Of a stretch of 64,000 nucleotides of DNA, positions 37,900 through 50,659 are shown piece by piece; positions within the stretch are counted from its first letter, which is position 1; the number at the start of each line of letters is the position of its first letter. The notes below the pieces were generated by a model, which was not told the DNA's origin, made no database searches, and saw only the letters and a program-made list of their open reading frames with translations. This stretch comes from Chiloscyllium plagiosum (taxonomy: Eukaryota): assembly GCF_004010195.1 (NCBI RefSeq), contig NC_057735.1, positions 52,216,018-52,280,017 on the forward strand, read 5' to 3'. Both the position numbers and the translations under genes were made by a program.

Positions 37900-39150
37900 A
37901 GTGAGAATCTCACCATTCCTCCTATGAAGAACGAACAACAGACTGTAAGCTTATTATGTCCAAATTGGGAGAAGAAGAAAGCATATACCAGGTATAGACA
38001 GGATAGATCGAGTGAATCCTTCGAGTATAATGGCAGTAGGAGTATACTTAAGAACATTTTGCATCAGTGTTTACTGTGGAAAAGGACATGGAAAGTATAG
38101 AATGTAGAGAAATAGAGAGTGACATTTTGCAAAATTTTCACATTACAGAGGAAGTAGTCCTGGATGTCTTGAAATGCATAAAAGTGGATTAAATCCCAGG
38201 ACCTGATTCGCTGTACCCTGGAACTATGTGGGAAGCTAGGGAAGTGATTGCTGGGCCTCTTGCTGAGATATTTGTATAATAGATAGTCATAAGTGAGGTG
38301 CTGGAAGACTGGAGTTTGGCTAACGTGTTGCCACTACTTAAGAAGGATGGTAAGGACAAAATAGGGACAGACTGTTGACTGTTGCTTTTCCAGCATCACA
38401 CTCTTGACTAAGATATCTGGTTGGCATGGATGCGTTGCACTGAAGGGTTTGTTTCCCTGCTGTACATCTCTATGACTCTATAACCTCCCAACTCTTATAA
38501 TCAATGTTTGAATACGAAAGTATCCCGTATATATTCTTAATTATCTTAGTAAACACTCCTGCCCTCCTTCAGAGATTTGTCTTTCTGCTGTCTCCCCACC
38601 TGCACAACACCACCTGTCCCTCCATCTATCTTTGAGTCATCTGTAAGTTCAGCAACAATGCTTTCAGTTCCTTCATCCAGCTCGTTAATGTACAGAGTGA
38701 ACAGTTGTGGTCTCAAATATATGAAACTCTGCTGATCATTGGCTGCCATCTCGTAGACCTCTTTATCCTTAATCTCAGCCTCCTGCCGGTCAGCCAATCC
38801 TCCATGCACGTCAGTATCTTATCCCAAACATCATGGGCACTTATCTTATACAGCAGCCTCCTGTCTGGCAGTTTATCAAAGCCTACTGAAATCCAAGTCT
38901 ACTGGCTCACCTTTGTTTAGTTTGTTCATTACATCTTTAAAGAAATCGAACAGAATTATCGGGCATGAGTTCTACTTGATGAAGCCATGCTGACTTGCTC
39001 TTATTTTGCTTTGCACTTCCAAGTAATCCACAATCTCTTCCATAATAATCGATGTCAAATCTAACCATTGACCAAGGTCAGTCTAAACAGTCTATAATTT
39101 CTCTCTTCTGTCTCCCTACCACCTTAACAGGGTGTTACATTAGTCATTTT
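37900..39150. mobile_element. CR1 fragments (plus strand 37900-38480, minus strand 38540-39150)
   Basis: RT motifs in both orientations. Confidence 0.75.
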
Positions 39151-40217
39151 CCTGTCTTCCCACTCTTTCCTTAGTATGATGTGGAGGTGCCAGTGTTAGA
39201 CTGGGTGGACTAGGTCAGAAGTCACACAACACCAGGTTATAGTCCAACAGGTTCATTTGAAATCACAGCTTTTGGGGTGTTGCCCCTTCGTCAGATGGAG
39301 ATTCCACCTGCCAAAGGAGACCGCTCTGAAAGCTTGTGGTTTCAAACATGGAGCTCAGGACACCATCAGATCAGCCCCCATCTTACTGAATAGTTGACCA
39401 GTTTTGAAGGGCTGACTGACCTCTTGATGATTGTAATTTTATGTACCTATATGGATGAAAAACCAGACCTTGCCCATCTTAGTGTGTCACATACTGGTGG
39501 AAACTGGCCTTTTCCTGAACCTGGGAATTATCCAGATGATTGTCTGGAACGCTCTGTAACTGACATTCTCCATAATATTATTTAACCAACATTCTCCGAA
39601 ACATTCGAGAACTGGCATCCCCAGAAAATTCTAGAGCTGACATTATTTTTGAACGGTCAAACTTCAGTTAATTGAACAAAAAGATCTCAAAGGAAGAGAT
39701 CCCGTACTGTGGAGAAGGAGATACTGTTTCAAGGTTGCCTCAGGCATTTAAGGGGTGAATACATTTCCCCTGCCTTTATATTTCTTCACGACAGAGGATC
39801 GACCACAATTTAGACTAAAAGGCAAACATTTCCAACCTCAGTTTATCTTCAAGGTAGTGGGAGACAAGTTTTCAGGATGTCAATGTTTTCACCCTCTGTT
39901 TTATTGTGCAGAACACAATAAGAAATATTGATGGGTTTGAAGGCCAATAAGGTAAACGGGGAAGTACTGAGAATTAAACTGTATAAATTGTGGAGTAATT
40001 TCTGGATTGGGGTGGCTACTTGCTAGTCACCCCTTCTTGCAAGAACGTTTCAATAAAATTCGGTGCTTCAGAATTTGACTCGGACTGAAATTTATTATAT
40101 TATGAGCTTTTTTTCTCACACAATGAACATAGTGACGATCTTTTTCCAGTGTTACAAAAACCGTGGATTGTCTCCATGTGTCAGACGTTACCGGGGTGGG
40201 GCGGGGGGGGGGGAGGG

Positions 40218-41031
40218 GTGATCGCACTGGCAGATCTACTGGTCATTATGCTCAAGATTGAGGCACATTCCCATTTTTATAAGGAACAGTTTGATTTCCT
40301 GTGGTCCATCCTCATGTGTAATATCCACGCCATCCTGCTTTATACAGCCATTGATTATTCTGTCTGGTTTACCATCATTTTCACCTTAGTTCGATTTATG
40401 GCCATTTGTTGGCAGAAACTGAAAAGTAAATATTGCAGTGGGAAAATAGTGGCTGTGATTCTGGGAAGTGTTTGTGCTGAGCTGTTTAAAGAACATATGA
40501 TATTTTATATTCAGAGCTCAATATGCGCTGAGGAACTACCCTGGTTTTGTGAGGTAACAACTGGTGTTTATTACTCTTGTGTCTGGGTCACAGTCGAGTT
40601 CCTCCACCTCATTCTAATACTGGCTCTGCCATTTCTCCTGACACTGCTGCTCAATGTTTTCACATATTTTAGTAACCATCAGAGCCCATGAGAAACTCTG
40701 GGCTCACACCAATGAGGATGTTCAGTGTGACACAGAAATGCAAAATCGAAAAAAAAACATCATTTTACTATTTGTGATCTCAGCCAATTTCATTGTGCTA
40801 TGGTCAACATTAATGGTGTATTCTATATGGTTCCGTATGTATCATATTGGACATCGGGCTGTGTATTTGCATTGGTTTGTGCGGGAATTGGGTTACATGT
40901 TGCAGCTCCTCAGTTGCTGCACAAACACCGCAATTTATGCCGTGACCCAGACTAAGTTCAGACAGCAGATGAAGAACGTGCTGAAATATTCCTTTACCCA
41001 AATTAATCAATCAATCAAATTCACTCATTAA
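40218..41031 (+). pseudogene. GPR139/GPR142-like class A GPCR, frameshifted and 5'-truncated
   Basis: ADLLVI, CNIHAILLYTA...VRFMAICWQKLKSKYC, LLFVISANFIVLW, LQLLSCCTNTAIY; several frameshifts relative to the 54236-55143 paralogue. Confidence 0.85.
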
Positions 41032-41349
41032 CCAATCTATCCCGGATATTGTCATTTCAGGTCAATGTTTCTGCAATGAATGCACCTGTCACTATAGTAA
41101 CAGATTGAGGGTCGTGTTCGTTTGCCCAACATCATCCCACAGAGGGTTTTAGGAGCACATTTCAATGTTTCTCACACACAGGGGCAGTGATAAATGTTAC
41201 CATACTACTCACTAGATGTGCAGTGTATTTTTAAAGAATAAAACAGTTCAATAAAAAGTGCCACGAGGCAGAGATGTTTGTCTTTGTTTGGAAAAATCTG
41301 AGGTGGAGAGTAACAGACGCAGCTCAAGTCCTGGCCCTCAGGACCGGGA

Positions 41350-41455
41350 TGTGACAATGGGGGAGTGTGTGGGGAAGTGAGTGTGATGATGGGGGAGTGT
41401 GTGCGGGAGTGAATGTAACAGTGGGGGCTTGTGTGGGGAAGGTGAGTGCGATGGT
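41350..41455. repeat. G-rich ~33-bp minisatellite running into a gap
   Basis: Repeats of GTGACAATGGGGGAGTGTGTGGGGAAGTGAGT. Confidence 0.75.
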
Positions 41456-42275
41456 NNNNNNNNNNNNNNNNNNNNNNNNNNNNNNNNNNNNNNNNNNNNN
41501 NNNNNNNNNNNNNNNNNNNNNNNNNNNNNNNNNNNNNNNNNNNNNNNNNNNNNNNNNNNNNNNNNNNNNNNNNNNNNNNNNNNNNNNNNNNNNNNNNNNN
41601 NNNNNNNNNNNNNNNNNNNNNNNNNNNNNNNNNNNNNNNNNNNNNNNNNNNNNNNNNNNNNNNNNNNNNNNNNNNNNNNNNNNNNNNNNNNNNNNNNNNN
41701 NNNNNNNNNNNNNNNNNNNNNNNNNNNNNNNNNNNNNNNNNNNNNNNNNNNNNNNNNNNNNNNNNNNNNNNNNNNNNNNNNNNNNNNNNNNNNNNNNNNN
41801 NNNNNNNNNNNNNNNNNNNNNNNNNNNNNNNNNNNNNNNNNNNNNNNNNNNNNNNNNNNNNNNNNNNNNNNNNNNNNNNNNNNNNNNNNNNNNNNNNNNN
41901 NNNNNNNNNNNNNNNNNNNNNNNNNNNNNNNNNNNNNNNNNNNNNNNNNNNNNNNNNNNNNNNNNNNNNNNNNNNNNNNNNNNNNNNNNNNNNNNNNNNN
42001 NNNNNNNNNNNNNNNNNNNNNNNNNNNNNNNNNNNNNNNNNNNNNNNNNNNNNNNNNNNNNNNNNNNNNNNNNNNNNNNNNNNNNNNNNNNNNNNNNNNN
42101 NNNNNNNNNNNNNNNNNNNNNNNNNNNNNNNNNNNNNNNNNNNNNNNNNNNNNNNNNNNNNNNNNNNNNNNNNNNNNNNNNNNNNNNNNNNNNNNNNNNN
42201 NNNNNNNNNNNNNNNNNNNNNNNNNNNNNNNNNNNNNNNNNNNNNNNNNNNNNNNNNNNNNNNNNNNNNNNNNNN
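41456..42275. other. Assembly gap
   Basis: N run. Confidence 1.
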
Positions 42276-42625
42276 CCTAAGTCGTGCCTCACGGCATCAT
42301 AATTTCCCTGCCCCCAGCTATAACTCTTGCCCTGTAGTGCACATTTATCCCTCTCCATCACCAGAGTAAAAGTCACCGAATTGTGGTCACTGTCCCCAAA
42401 GTGCTCACCTACCTCACCTCTTGTTGGCCTATCTACATATTGTGTCAGGAAACCCACCTGCACACATTGGACAAACACCGACTCGTCTAACGAACTAGAG
42501 CTATAGCTTTCCCAATCAATATCAGGAAAGTTAAGTCCCTTATAAAAACAACCACCCTATTACTTTCACTCTTCTCCTGAATCATCCTCGCAATCCTTTC
42601 TTCTACGTTTCTAGGACTATTAGGC
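42276..42625 (-). mobile_element. CR1 endonuclease fragment
   Basis: FLTQYVDRPTRG...HFGDSDHNSVTF. Confidence 0.85.
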
Positions 42626-43150
42626 CTAACATGATAGGTTAAGTGTGAAATAGAACACCAGTGAGGCAGAAGATGATTAGTTTAGAAAGACAACGCAACC
42701 TAATTATGACTGGTTATGCTAATAACATCAGATAAGCGTGTCAAGTAGAAAAATATAAAAACTGGCGAGCCCCAAGAATCGGGGGCACTCGGGAAGCCAT
42801 TTTCTGATTGTCACAGCTTTTGTTTGCAAATAAAAGTTTAACTTCTTGAGGAATTCGCTGCATCTCCTGGTGATTCTCACAGAACATCAAGTACAAGCTC
42901 TCCACAACAAATTTGATGCTGCGAGCAGGGTGGGAAATAGACCTACAAAAGGAAGGACAGTTCCCGGTCCATTGGGGACCCTCCTGAGCCTGATATAATA
43001 AGGGCCGGACACCCACAAAAAGATCAGCATTTTACTGATATTTTGATTCACATTCTGTTGAGTGAGGGAGGTCCTTGGGGACGTAGAAGTGCAGAAAAGC
43101 CGCTGAAAGGTCTCTCCGATCCAAAAAACCAAAACGTCCGGTAATAAATT
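42626..43150 (+). mobile_element. Second ERV LTR (3' part) with tRNA-Ser PBS and leader
   Basis: TATAAAA near 42753, AATAAA near 42829, ends ACAACA at 42909. TGATGCTGCGAGCAGGGT (42914-42931) matches the tRNA-Ser(TGA) complement at 15 of 18 positions. Confidence 0.65.
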
Positions 43151-43409
43151 GAAATTTGAAGTGCCAGGCAGCAGAATGAACGATATTATTGCTTGTCTTT
43201 GTGTTGGAATAGCTGAGCTGGAGAGAGACTGACTGGTCCTCAGGGAAGGGGAGAGGACTGGAGCTGAGATCAAGAGTTAGGTTTAAGATCATTCTGTCGC
43301 TGCTTTCACCTCAGGGTCACCCACTCTGACCTGGCCTCAGCACAATTCATCTCTCTTCCTTGTTACCGCTCTCTCTATATATCCCATCCATAATATTTAA
43401 AACACAGTG

Positions 43410-44580
43410 AAAAAAAATCATACACCACCAGTTTATAGTCCAACAAGTTCATTTGGAAGTACAAACTTTTGAAATGCTACTTCTTTGTCAGGTGGCTAGT
43501 TTAGCAGGATCATAGAACAGAATTTATAGTAAAAGACCAAAGTGCCAGACAACTGATGCGAGGTATTGAGCAAACCCAGATGTTGTTAAGTCTTTAATCA
43601 CTTAGAATGGGGATGCCAGCTTTGTGTGTATAATATGCAAATCCCAGAGCTTCTTTCAAGTCATCGTTCTGAGATATCTTAAGGTTTTACAAAAATAAGT
43701 TGAGACCTCAGCTCAGACAATGTAATAAAGCTATGAGGTCTGCATCCCAAACTTGAGTCAGACTGGTTCTTTTTCTAAAGTAAGAAGTTATAAAATCTCA
43801 TATGGACTGACTGCCGACAGATTATGTGCTTTTGAACAAAATAGAATATATCGGTAAATACAAATGTGCAAATTCACATTCACTCCATAGATTTATATGT
43901 GTATGTGTGTGCGTGTGAGGGACAGAGCGCGCGCGAGAGAGAGTGTGTCTGCGTCTGTATGTGTGTGCACGTGAATGTGACGGAGGAGATGCCTGTTAGA
44001 GGGCGTGTATATTTTTGTCTGAGGGAGACCCTGTGTCTGAGAGGGTCTGTGTGAGTGCGTGAGTATGCAAGTGTGTGTGTGTGTGCATGTGTGGGTGCTC
44101 GTGCATGAGAGAGAGTGTGTAGTGTAGTCGGGTCACCTATAATTCGTGTGTGATTTTGAACAAAATAGCATGTATCGGTAAATACAAATGTGCAAATGCA
44201 ATTTCACCCGATAGATGTGTGTCTGTGTGTGTGTGTGCGTGTATATGCATGTGTGAGGGAGGGAAGGAGAGAGACAGAGTGTGTGTGTGCACGTGTGTGC
44301 GTATGCGTGAGGGAGGGAGAGACAGAGTGTGAATGTGTGCATGCGTGTGTTTTTATCCCTATTCTAAATGTTTAACGACTTAACAGCAATCTTGGTTTGT
44401 TCAATACTTGGCATCAGTTGTATGACTTTGATCTTTTATGATAAATTCTGTTTAATCCAATCCTGCCCCACTAGTTACCTGATGAAAGAGCAGTGCTCCT
44501 GAAGTTTGTACTTCCAAATAAGTGTTGTGTGGTTTTTAACTTTGTTCACCACAGTCCAACACTGGCACCTTCACATCATC
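43410..44580. mobile_element. Inverted Penelope-like terminal repeats enclosing GT/GA microsatellite
   Basis: 43420-43580 is reverse-complementary to 44370-44545. Confidence 0.65.
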
Positions 44581-44589
44581 ACTTCAAAC

Positions 44590-45245
44590 ACAAGAGGGAG
44601 ACAGAGAGACACTCAGCCTTTGATTCATCACTTTATAATTAATTCATTAATTCAGACTTCGCTCCAGTGAGTCAATTGCAGCCAGAGATAGACAGATACA
44701 AACACAGAGAGAAACACATATCAACATGCCCTTTGTATCACTTTTAAACTCAAGGATGACAGACAGAGAGAAAGGAGTGAAGAGGTTAAACCTACTTTGA
44801 TAGATTCACTCCCAAAATAACGGAGAAACTGCTGCACAGAGGCACAGACACAGAGACACACACAGATATAGAGACACACATCAACACACAGACACACTAG
44901 CACATAACACAGCTGCAAACACTCAGAGACAGTTCAACAGAGATAGACACGCACTGTTACAGAGGCAGAAGCACATATACAGAGACAATCACTGACACAT
45001 ATATGCACACACACATATACACAGACAGACAGAGAAACAGTCATACAGAGACAGAAACACGCAGATAGATAGACGCACATACACTGAGGCACAGACAAAC
45101 AAACAGACACTGACACACAGAGAAACATACATATACAGACGGATGCACTGACATTCACACCATAAAGACACACTGACACATACAGACAAATACACACACA
45201 CACGCAGAAAGATACACAGAAACACATGCACAGAATGTGTGTGCT
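44590..45245. repeat. CA/GACA low-complexity repeat
   Basis: Direct inspection. Confidence 0.85.
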
Positions 45246-45720
45246 GTAACTGATACTGCCCCGAGTTTAACAAAGTTTAACACAGTATGTGTCAATTACA
45301 TAATTCCCAGCTTTTCCTGATGAAATGTCAATGAGAAAGTGTGACAGTGATGTGAACTCCCTCGCTCTATTGCCAGGGAGGAGGCAAATGTGTTTAATAA
45401 ACTCATGATCATTTGTGCAGTGGACGACCACCCACTCGTACAACAGATCCACGTATTACCTTCATTGATGTTCGTTCTAAACACAAACTCATCACAAGTA
45501 AACTCACTACTTTGCTGCTTAAGTTCAGTGCCACTGGCACCTTGTGTTGGTCTGTGTGAAAATACTGTGTTCCGTGGGATAAATCTGCGTTCCCTGGTTG
45601 TGGGAGACTCTGCTCCCTTGTCTGAAAATAAGCTGGTTTTAAACTGCAGCTCTGTCTCTGCGTGGATTTCAAGTCTGGAGCCTATGTGTGTTAGGAGTGT
45701 ATGAGAGAGTCGAATTCCTC

Positions 45721-46982
45721 TGTTAATTAAAACAAACACCCAAAAATGCTCACCTTGCCTCATAACCTGTTCCAGTGTTAGTGACAGAGAACTCCCAAAT
45801 TCCACTATTTAAAGAAAAATACCAATTTATTTTCTTAACTCTAACTGTGAACACTAAACAACTATTCATAAATAGCCCCCATTTTCTTAACTACTTAGTA
45901 TCTGATCCACAAATCTATGAAAATATGCTATTCCAATAACACACTTATTAAACATTACGTTAGCCTAATCTCAAGACCAATTATCTCTGTCTTCCCCTCC
46001 TGTTCCATGTTATGGACCAGGTCAGATCCCTCAAAACATTTCAAAAAGATAGCCAGACACTAACTTTGCTATTTGATTTAAGCAAGTGTATAATGGATAT
46101 TCCAGTACAGAATCAGCTAGCCAGACTACTTAGTTTTAAACGAAAACAATTTACTTACAAGATTATTGAGTAAAACAAAAAGAACAGAATACCGAATAAC
46201 TTATCTTACCCGATAACCTGATCGACTATCTTAAGTTAATGATGCTATTTGAAAATACTGAAACAATCCCAATAAACACCATTTGGCACAAAATTAACAT
46301 AAAGTAACGTGTTACAGGATTGAAGCCAGAAGAGAGAGCCCAGCCTTTCTTCTCAAACACTACTGCTTCAGAACTGAGTTGCCGAACGCAAGAATAACTT
46401 TGCAGCCAGAGCTGGCAACTTCCCTTTCATTACTGAAGTGTTTTTAAAAACTTTCTGCCTGATGTATTATCAGCTAGCTGTAAATAACTGGGTCCCCAAA
46501 TCCATCACCACTCAGGCTGGTTGGAGCCTTGAGTCGTTTACAACCTCTTTGAAAAAGAAACAAGGACGACATCACCTTACCAGAATGAGCAGCTTCGTCA
46601 CATCTTCAATGTTCCAGCTACCATTTCCCTGAGTCGTCGCCTTTTTTATAAACCACAAGTAATTTTGCCATGAGCAGGTAACACTCTTTGATAGAGAGTG
46701 TTTTCTAATTTCTTTGAGAGTAAGATGTCAGATGGGCAGTTGGCTCTCCGACTCCCTGATCGATCACAGTTGCTCTCCCTCTAATTTTCAAAATACTGGG
46801 TTTATATATCCCCATGACATATTACATTCTTACAATTTGATTGGTTTCCATGTGTTTAATCGATACAATTCAAATTCCATTGGCTTCTCTAATCCTGGCC
46901 ATAATTTAAACTAATTCATTAAATTTGAATTGTCAAAACAACAACCAAAACTCAGGTATACATTTAACAACCAATTGTTACA
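45721..46982. mobile_element. LTR-like repeat with a nested LTR-like repeat (46008-46602)
   Basis: TG...CA termini on both; the inner TGTTATGGACCAGG head recurs at 63692. TSDs were not confirmed. Confidence 0.5.
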
Positions 46983-48684
46983 TTTGTAACAGCCCGAGCG
47001 TTCACTGGTAGCTGTAGGCTGTACTTCAATTTCGAAAAATACTTTCTCTCTTAAAGTGATCGTATATGCTTTCAACAGCATAACAAGGGTGAGTGAATGT
47101 GAAAAAGGGACAGACAAGAGCCATTGGACAGAAATATTGAGTTGCTGCTTTCTCTCACACATCCTCTCTCCCTCCTTTAATCTCAAAAAGAAACATCTTG
47201 GTTTGCTCTATGCCTGGGGGAGGTATGTTCCAGATAGAGAAAGGAGAGAACTGACTGGTGAAACTGGGATTTAGAAAGAGAGAGAGAGACTTGAGTGAAA
47301 GACCTAACGTTGATAAACCAGGTCTTGGCAGCCATACATCCTTCTGCCATGTGGATGGTGCCAGGAGATGAATATCAGAGGGTTTCTAACTTCCTCTCTG
47401 TCTGTGTGTGAGAGAGACTCTATGGGTACTGCTGGAATTTCAATGCCAGGTTTGAACATTTACCACCCCCTCCCTGAAGCAACCGCAGGCTGAAGCAAAC
47501 CGCAGGAGCAGGGTCTCTCCCTCATGGGAGAGAGGGAGAGTGAGAAACCATTGAGAGAGAGCTGCAACCCACAATCCTGGTGAGTATCACCTCTTCAGAC
47601 TGTGTTTTTCCTGAACTTCTATCTGCCTCTGACTGACTTCTCCATTATTCCCTCACGCGTTACTTTCCCTTTCTCTACCTTTCTCTTTTGTGTCCCTATC
47701 TGTCATGCAGTCAAATCTTGTATCTCATTATTTTATTTTATCTCGTTGCGCTTGACTCTGCCCCTTTTCCCTCTCTTCGCCCCGTTTCGGACTCTGTCTG
47801 GGCCTTTTCTGTCTTTTTGGCCCTCACCACCCCTCCCCAAACTTCTGTCTCCATCCAAAACTGCAAACTGTGCCCCTCTTAAACATGCCACCGAGAATGT
47901 TGTGTCATGTTGTACCCACGTCTTCCTCAATTTCCTGCCCCAAGATATTCCTGAACATGTTTCTCTGACTCCCCGTTTTGCACCTCTCTTTACGCCCCAG
48001 AAATGTGTCCCCAACTTTGCACCACTCTCACACTCTTGTAACCCATCCCCAATTCTTGTGCCCCAAAACAACATCCCCCCTCAGATATTATACAGCCCCC
48101 ACACAAATATTTTGCCCCTTATCTGTGAAATATTGTTTTGTCAAATATTGCATTTCCCCATTCCAGTTCCCTTCAAATTATGTCCCCAAGTTTATGCTCC
48201 ATCCCAATTTTGGAAACACTTCCATTTTGTTTCCCCTCAAAAAATAACTCCCTTACAAATTTCTGGGTCCCCTTTAAATCTCCCCTCTCCCCAAATTTTG
48301 CCGCACAAGTATTTTGCCATCGCAAATTATTTCAGTCTCTCAATTTCTATTTGTTGTCCTTGCTTCACTCCCTCCTATTTCCTCTATCATCCCCCACCGT
48401 ACATAAATGGCCCTTCTGTGTTCAAAACATCTTGACCCCTCCCCCTCACTGAGTTTCTCTCCCCACACTGGGAGCTTGAATGCAGAAGACGCGTGGCCAG
48501 AGTCTCACTGTGCTTTTCACTGACTGCCTTACCGCACAACAAGGTCCCAGTCCCTCGGCTGATCCACCTCACTGAGAAAGGTGCTTTATCTATCAAACCC
48601 CTCTCCCTTTCAGGGTTGGTAGAAGGGGGAGGGCACAACTCAGGTGGGGCAGAGAAGAGGACGATCCCACTGCATTGCCCATGG

Positions 48685-49354
48685 AAAGAGACAGATTGAA
48701 AGACAGAGAGGGAGATGTAGAGAGAGAATCCAGAGCGAGAGAGAGAGGGACAGAAAGAAACAGAAAGAGGGACAAGCAGAAAGAGAGAGGGACAAAAAGG
48801 AGCAGAGAGTGAGGGACAGAAAGGAGCGGGAGAGAGGGACAGGCAGAAGGAGAGATGTACAGACAGATAGAGAGGGACACAGAAGGAGAGAGAGGGACAG
48901 GCGGAAGGAGAAAGAGGGACAGACAGAAACAGAGAGAGAGGGTCAGACAGAGGAGAGAGAGGGTCAGACAGAAGGAGAGAGGTACAGACAGATAGAGAGT
49001 GACAGACAGAAACAGAGACAGGGGAACAGACAACAGGAGAGAGAGGGACAAACTAAACACAGAAAGAGGGACAGACACAGAATGAGAGAGAGGGACAGAC
49101 AGAAGGAGAGAGAGGGACAGACAGCAACAGAGAGAGAGGCACAGAAAGAAGGAGTGAGATGGACAGAGAGCAAGAGAGAGGGACGACGAGTGATACGGAC
49201 AGACAGAAAGAGAGAGAGAGAGAGACAGCAACAGAAAGAGAGGGACAGACAGAAGGAGAGAGGGACAGACAGAGAGAGAGGGACAAAATGACAGAGCGAT
49301 AGGGACAAACAGAATGAGAGAAAGGACACAGAACGAGAGAGAGGGACGGGCAGA
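48685..49354. repeat. GA/GACA-rich microsatellite
   Basis: Direct inspection. Confidence 0.9.
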
Positions 49355-49854
49355 NNNNNNNNNNNNNNNNNNNNNNNNNNNNNNNNNNNNNNNNNNNNNN
49401 NNNNNNNNNNNNNNNNNNNNNNNNNNNNNNNNNNNNNNNNNNNNNNNNNNNNNNNNNNNNNNNNNNNNNNNNNNNNNNNNNNNNNNNNNNNNNNNNNNNN
49501 NNNNNNNNNNNNNNNNNNNNNNNNNNNNNNNNNNNNNNNNNNNNNNNNNNNNNNNNNNNNNNNNNNNNNNNNNNNNNNNNNNNNNNNNNNNNNNNNNNNN
49601 NNNNNNNNNNNNNNNNNNNNNNNNNNNNNNNNNNNNNNNNNNNNNNNNNNNNNNNNNNNNNNNNNNNNNNNNNNNNNNNNNNNNNNNNNNNNNNNNNNNN
49701 NNNNNNNNNNNNNNNNNNNNNNNNNNNNNNNNNNNNNNNNNNNNNNNNNNNNNNNNNNNNNNNNNNNNNNNNNNNNNNNNNNNNNNNNNNNNNNNNNNNN
49801 NNNNNNNNNNNNNNNNNNNNNNNNNNNNNNNNNNNNNNNNNNNNNNNNNNNNNN
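49355..49854. other. Assembly gap
   Basis: N run. Confidence 1.
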
Positions 49855-49856
49855 AA

Positions 49857-49935
49857 GAGGCACAGTGGTTAGCACTGCGGCCTCACAGGATTCCAGCTTC
49901 GATTCCAGCCTCGGGCGACTGTCTGTGTGGAGTCG
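49857..49935 (+). mobile_element. HE1 SINE 5' fragment
   Basis: GGCACAGTGGTTAGCACTGC...TTCGATTCCAGCCTCGGGCGACTG. Confidence 0.75.
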
Positions 49936-50045
49936 TGGAAAGCATGTTTATCGAATTGGTCACCCTGCAGATTAGGATTGCTTAGGGAGAATGGTGACCA
50001 AAAGACAGACGAAGAGCAGGAAGGCAATGCAAGTGTTCCTGTGCT

Positions 50046-50630
50046 CATAGAACCTTTGGCCTTCAATGTTTCGCTGAATTGTGGAACCAATCTGAAACCC
50101 TTCTATCCTGCACTATTCCATCCTCCTCCATATGTTTATCCAATGACCATTTAAATGCCCTTAAAGTTTGCGAGTCGACAGGCAGGGCATTCCATGCCTC
50201 TATTAATCTCTGATATCTGTCCTATATCTATCACCCTTCAATTTAAAGCTATGACCCCTCGTGCTGGCCATCAACATCCGAGGATAAAGGCTCTCACTGT
50301 CCACCCTATCTAACCCTCTGATTATCTTCTATGCCTCTATTAAATCACCTGTCAACCTTCTTCGCTCTAACAAAAACAGCCTCAAGTCCCTCAGCCTTTC
50401 CCTTTAAGACCTTCCCTCCATACCAGGCAACATCCTAGTAAATCACCTCTGAACACTTTCCAAAGCTTCCACATCTTTGCTATAATGCGGTGACGAGAAA
50501 TATACGCAGTACTCCAAATGCGTCCACACCAGAGTTTTGTACAGCTGCAGCATGACCTCATGGCTCCGAAACTAAATCCCTCTACTAATATAAACTAACA
50601 CACCATATGATTTCTTAACAGCCCTCGCTT
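50046..50630 (-). mobile_element. CR1 LINE 3' end
   Basis: CATAGAAC tail; similarity to 3900-4220. Confidence 0.85.
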
Positions 50631-50659
50631 AACAACAGGTATACATTTTTTGGTCACTG

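Noticed and set aside
45296-45805. 169-aa ORF; also the 141-aa ORF at 22127-22552
   Set aside because: No recognisable domain or exon structure, and the first overlaps an LTR-like repeat.
47602-49291. Long ORFs of 277, 212 and 215 aa
   Set aside because: Low-complexity C/T- and GA-rich sequence with no recognisable domains.
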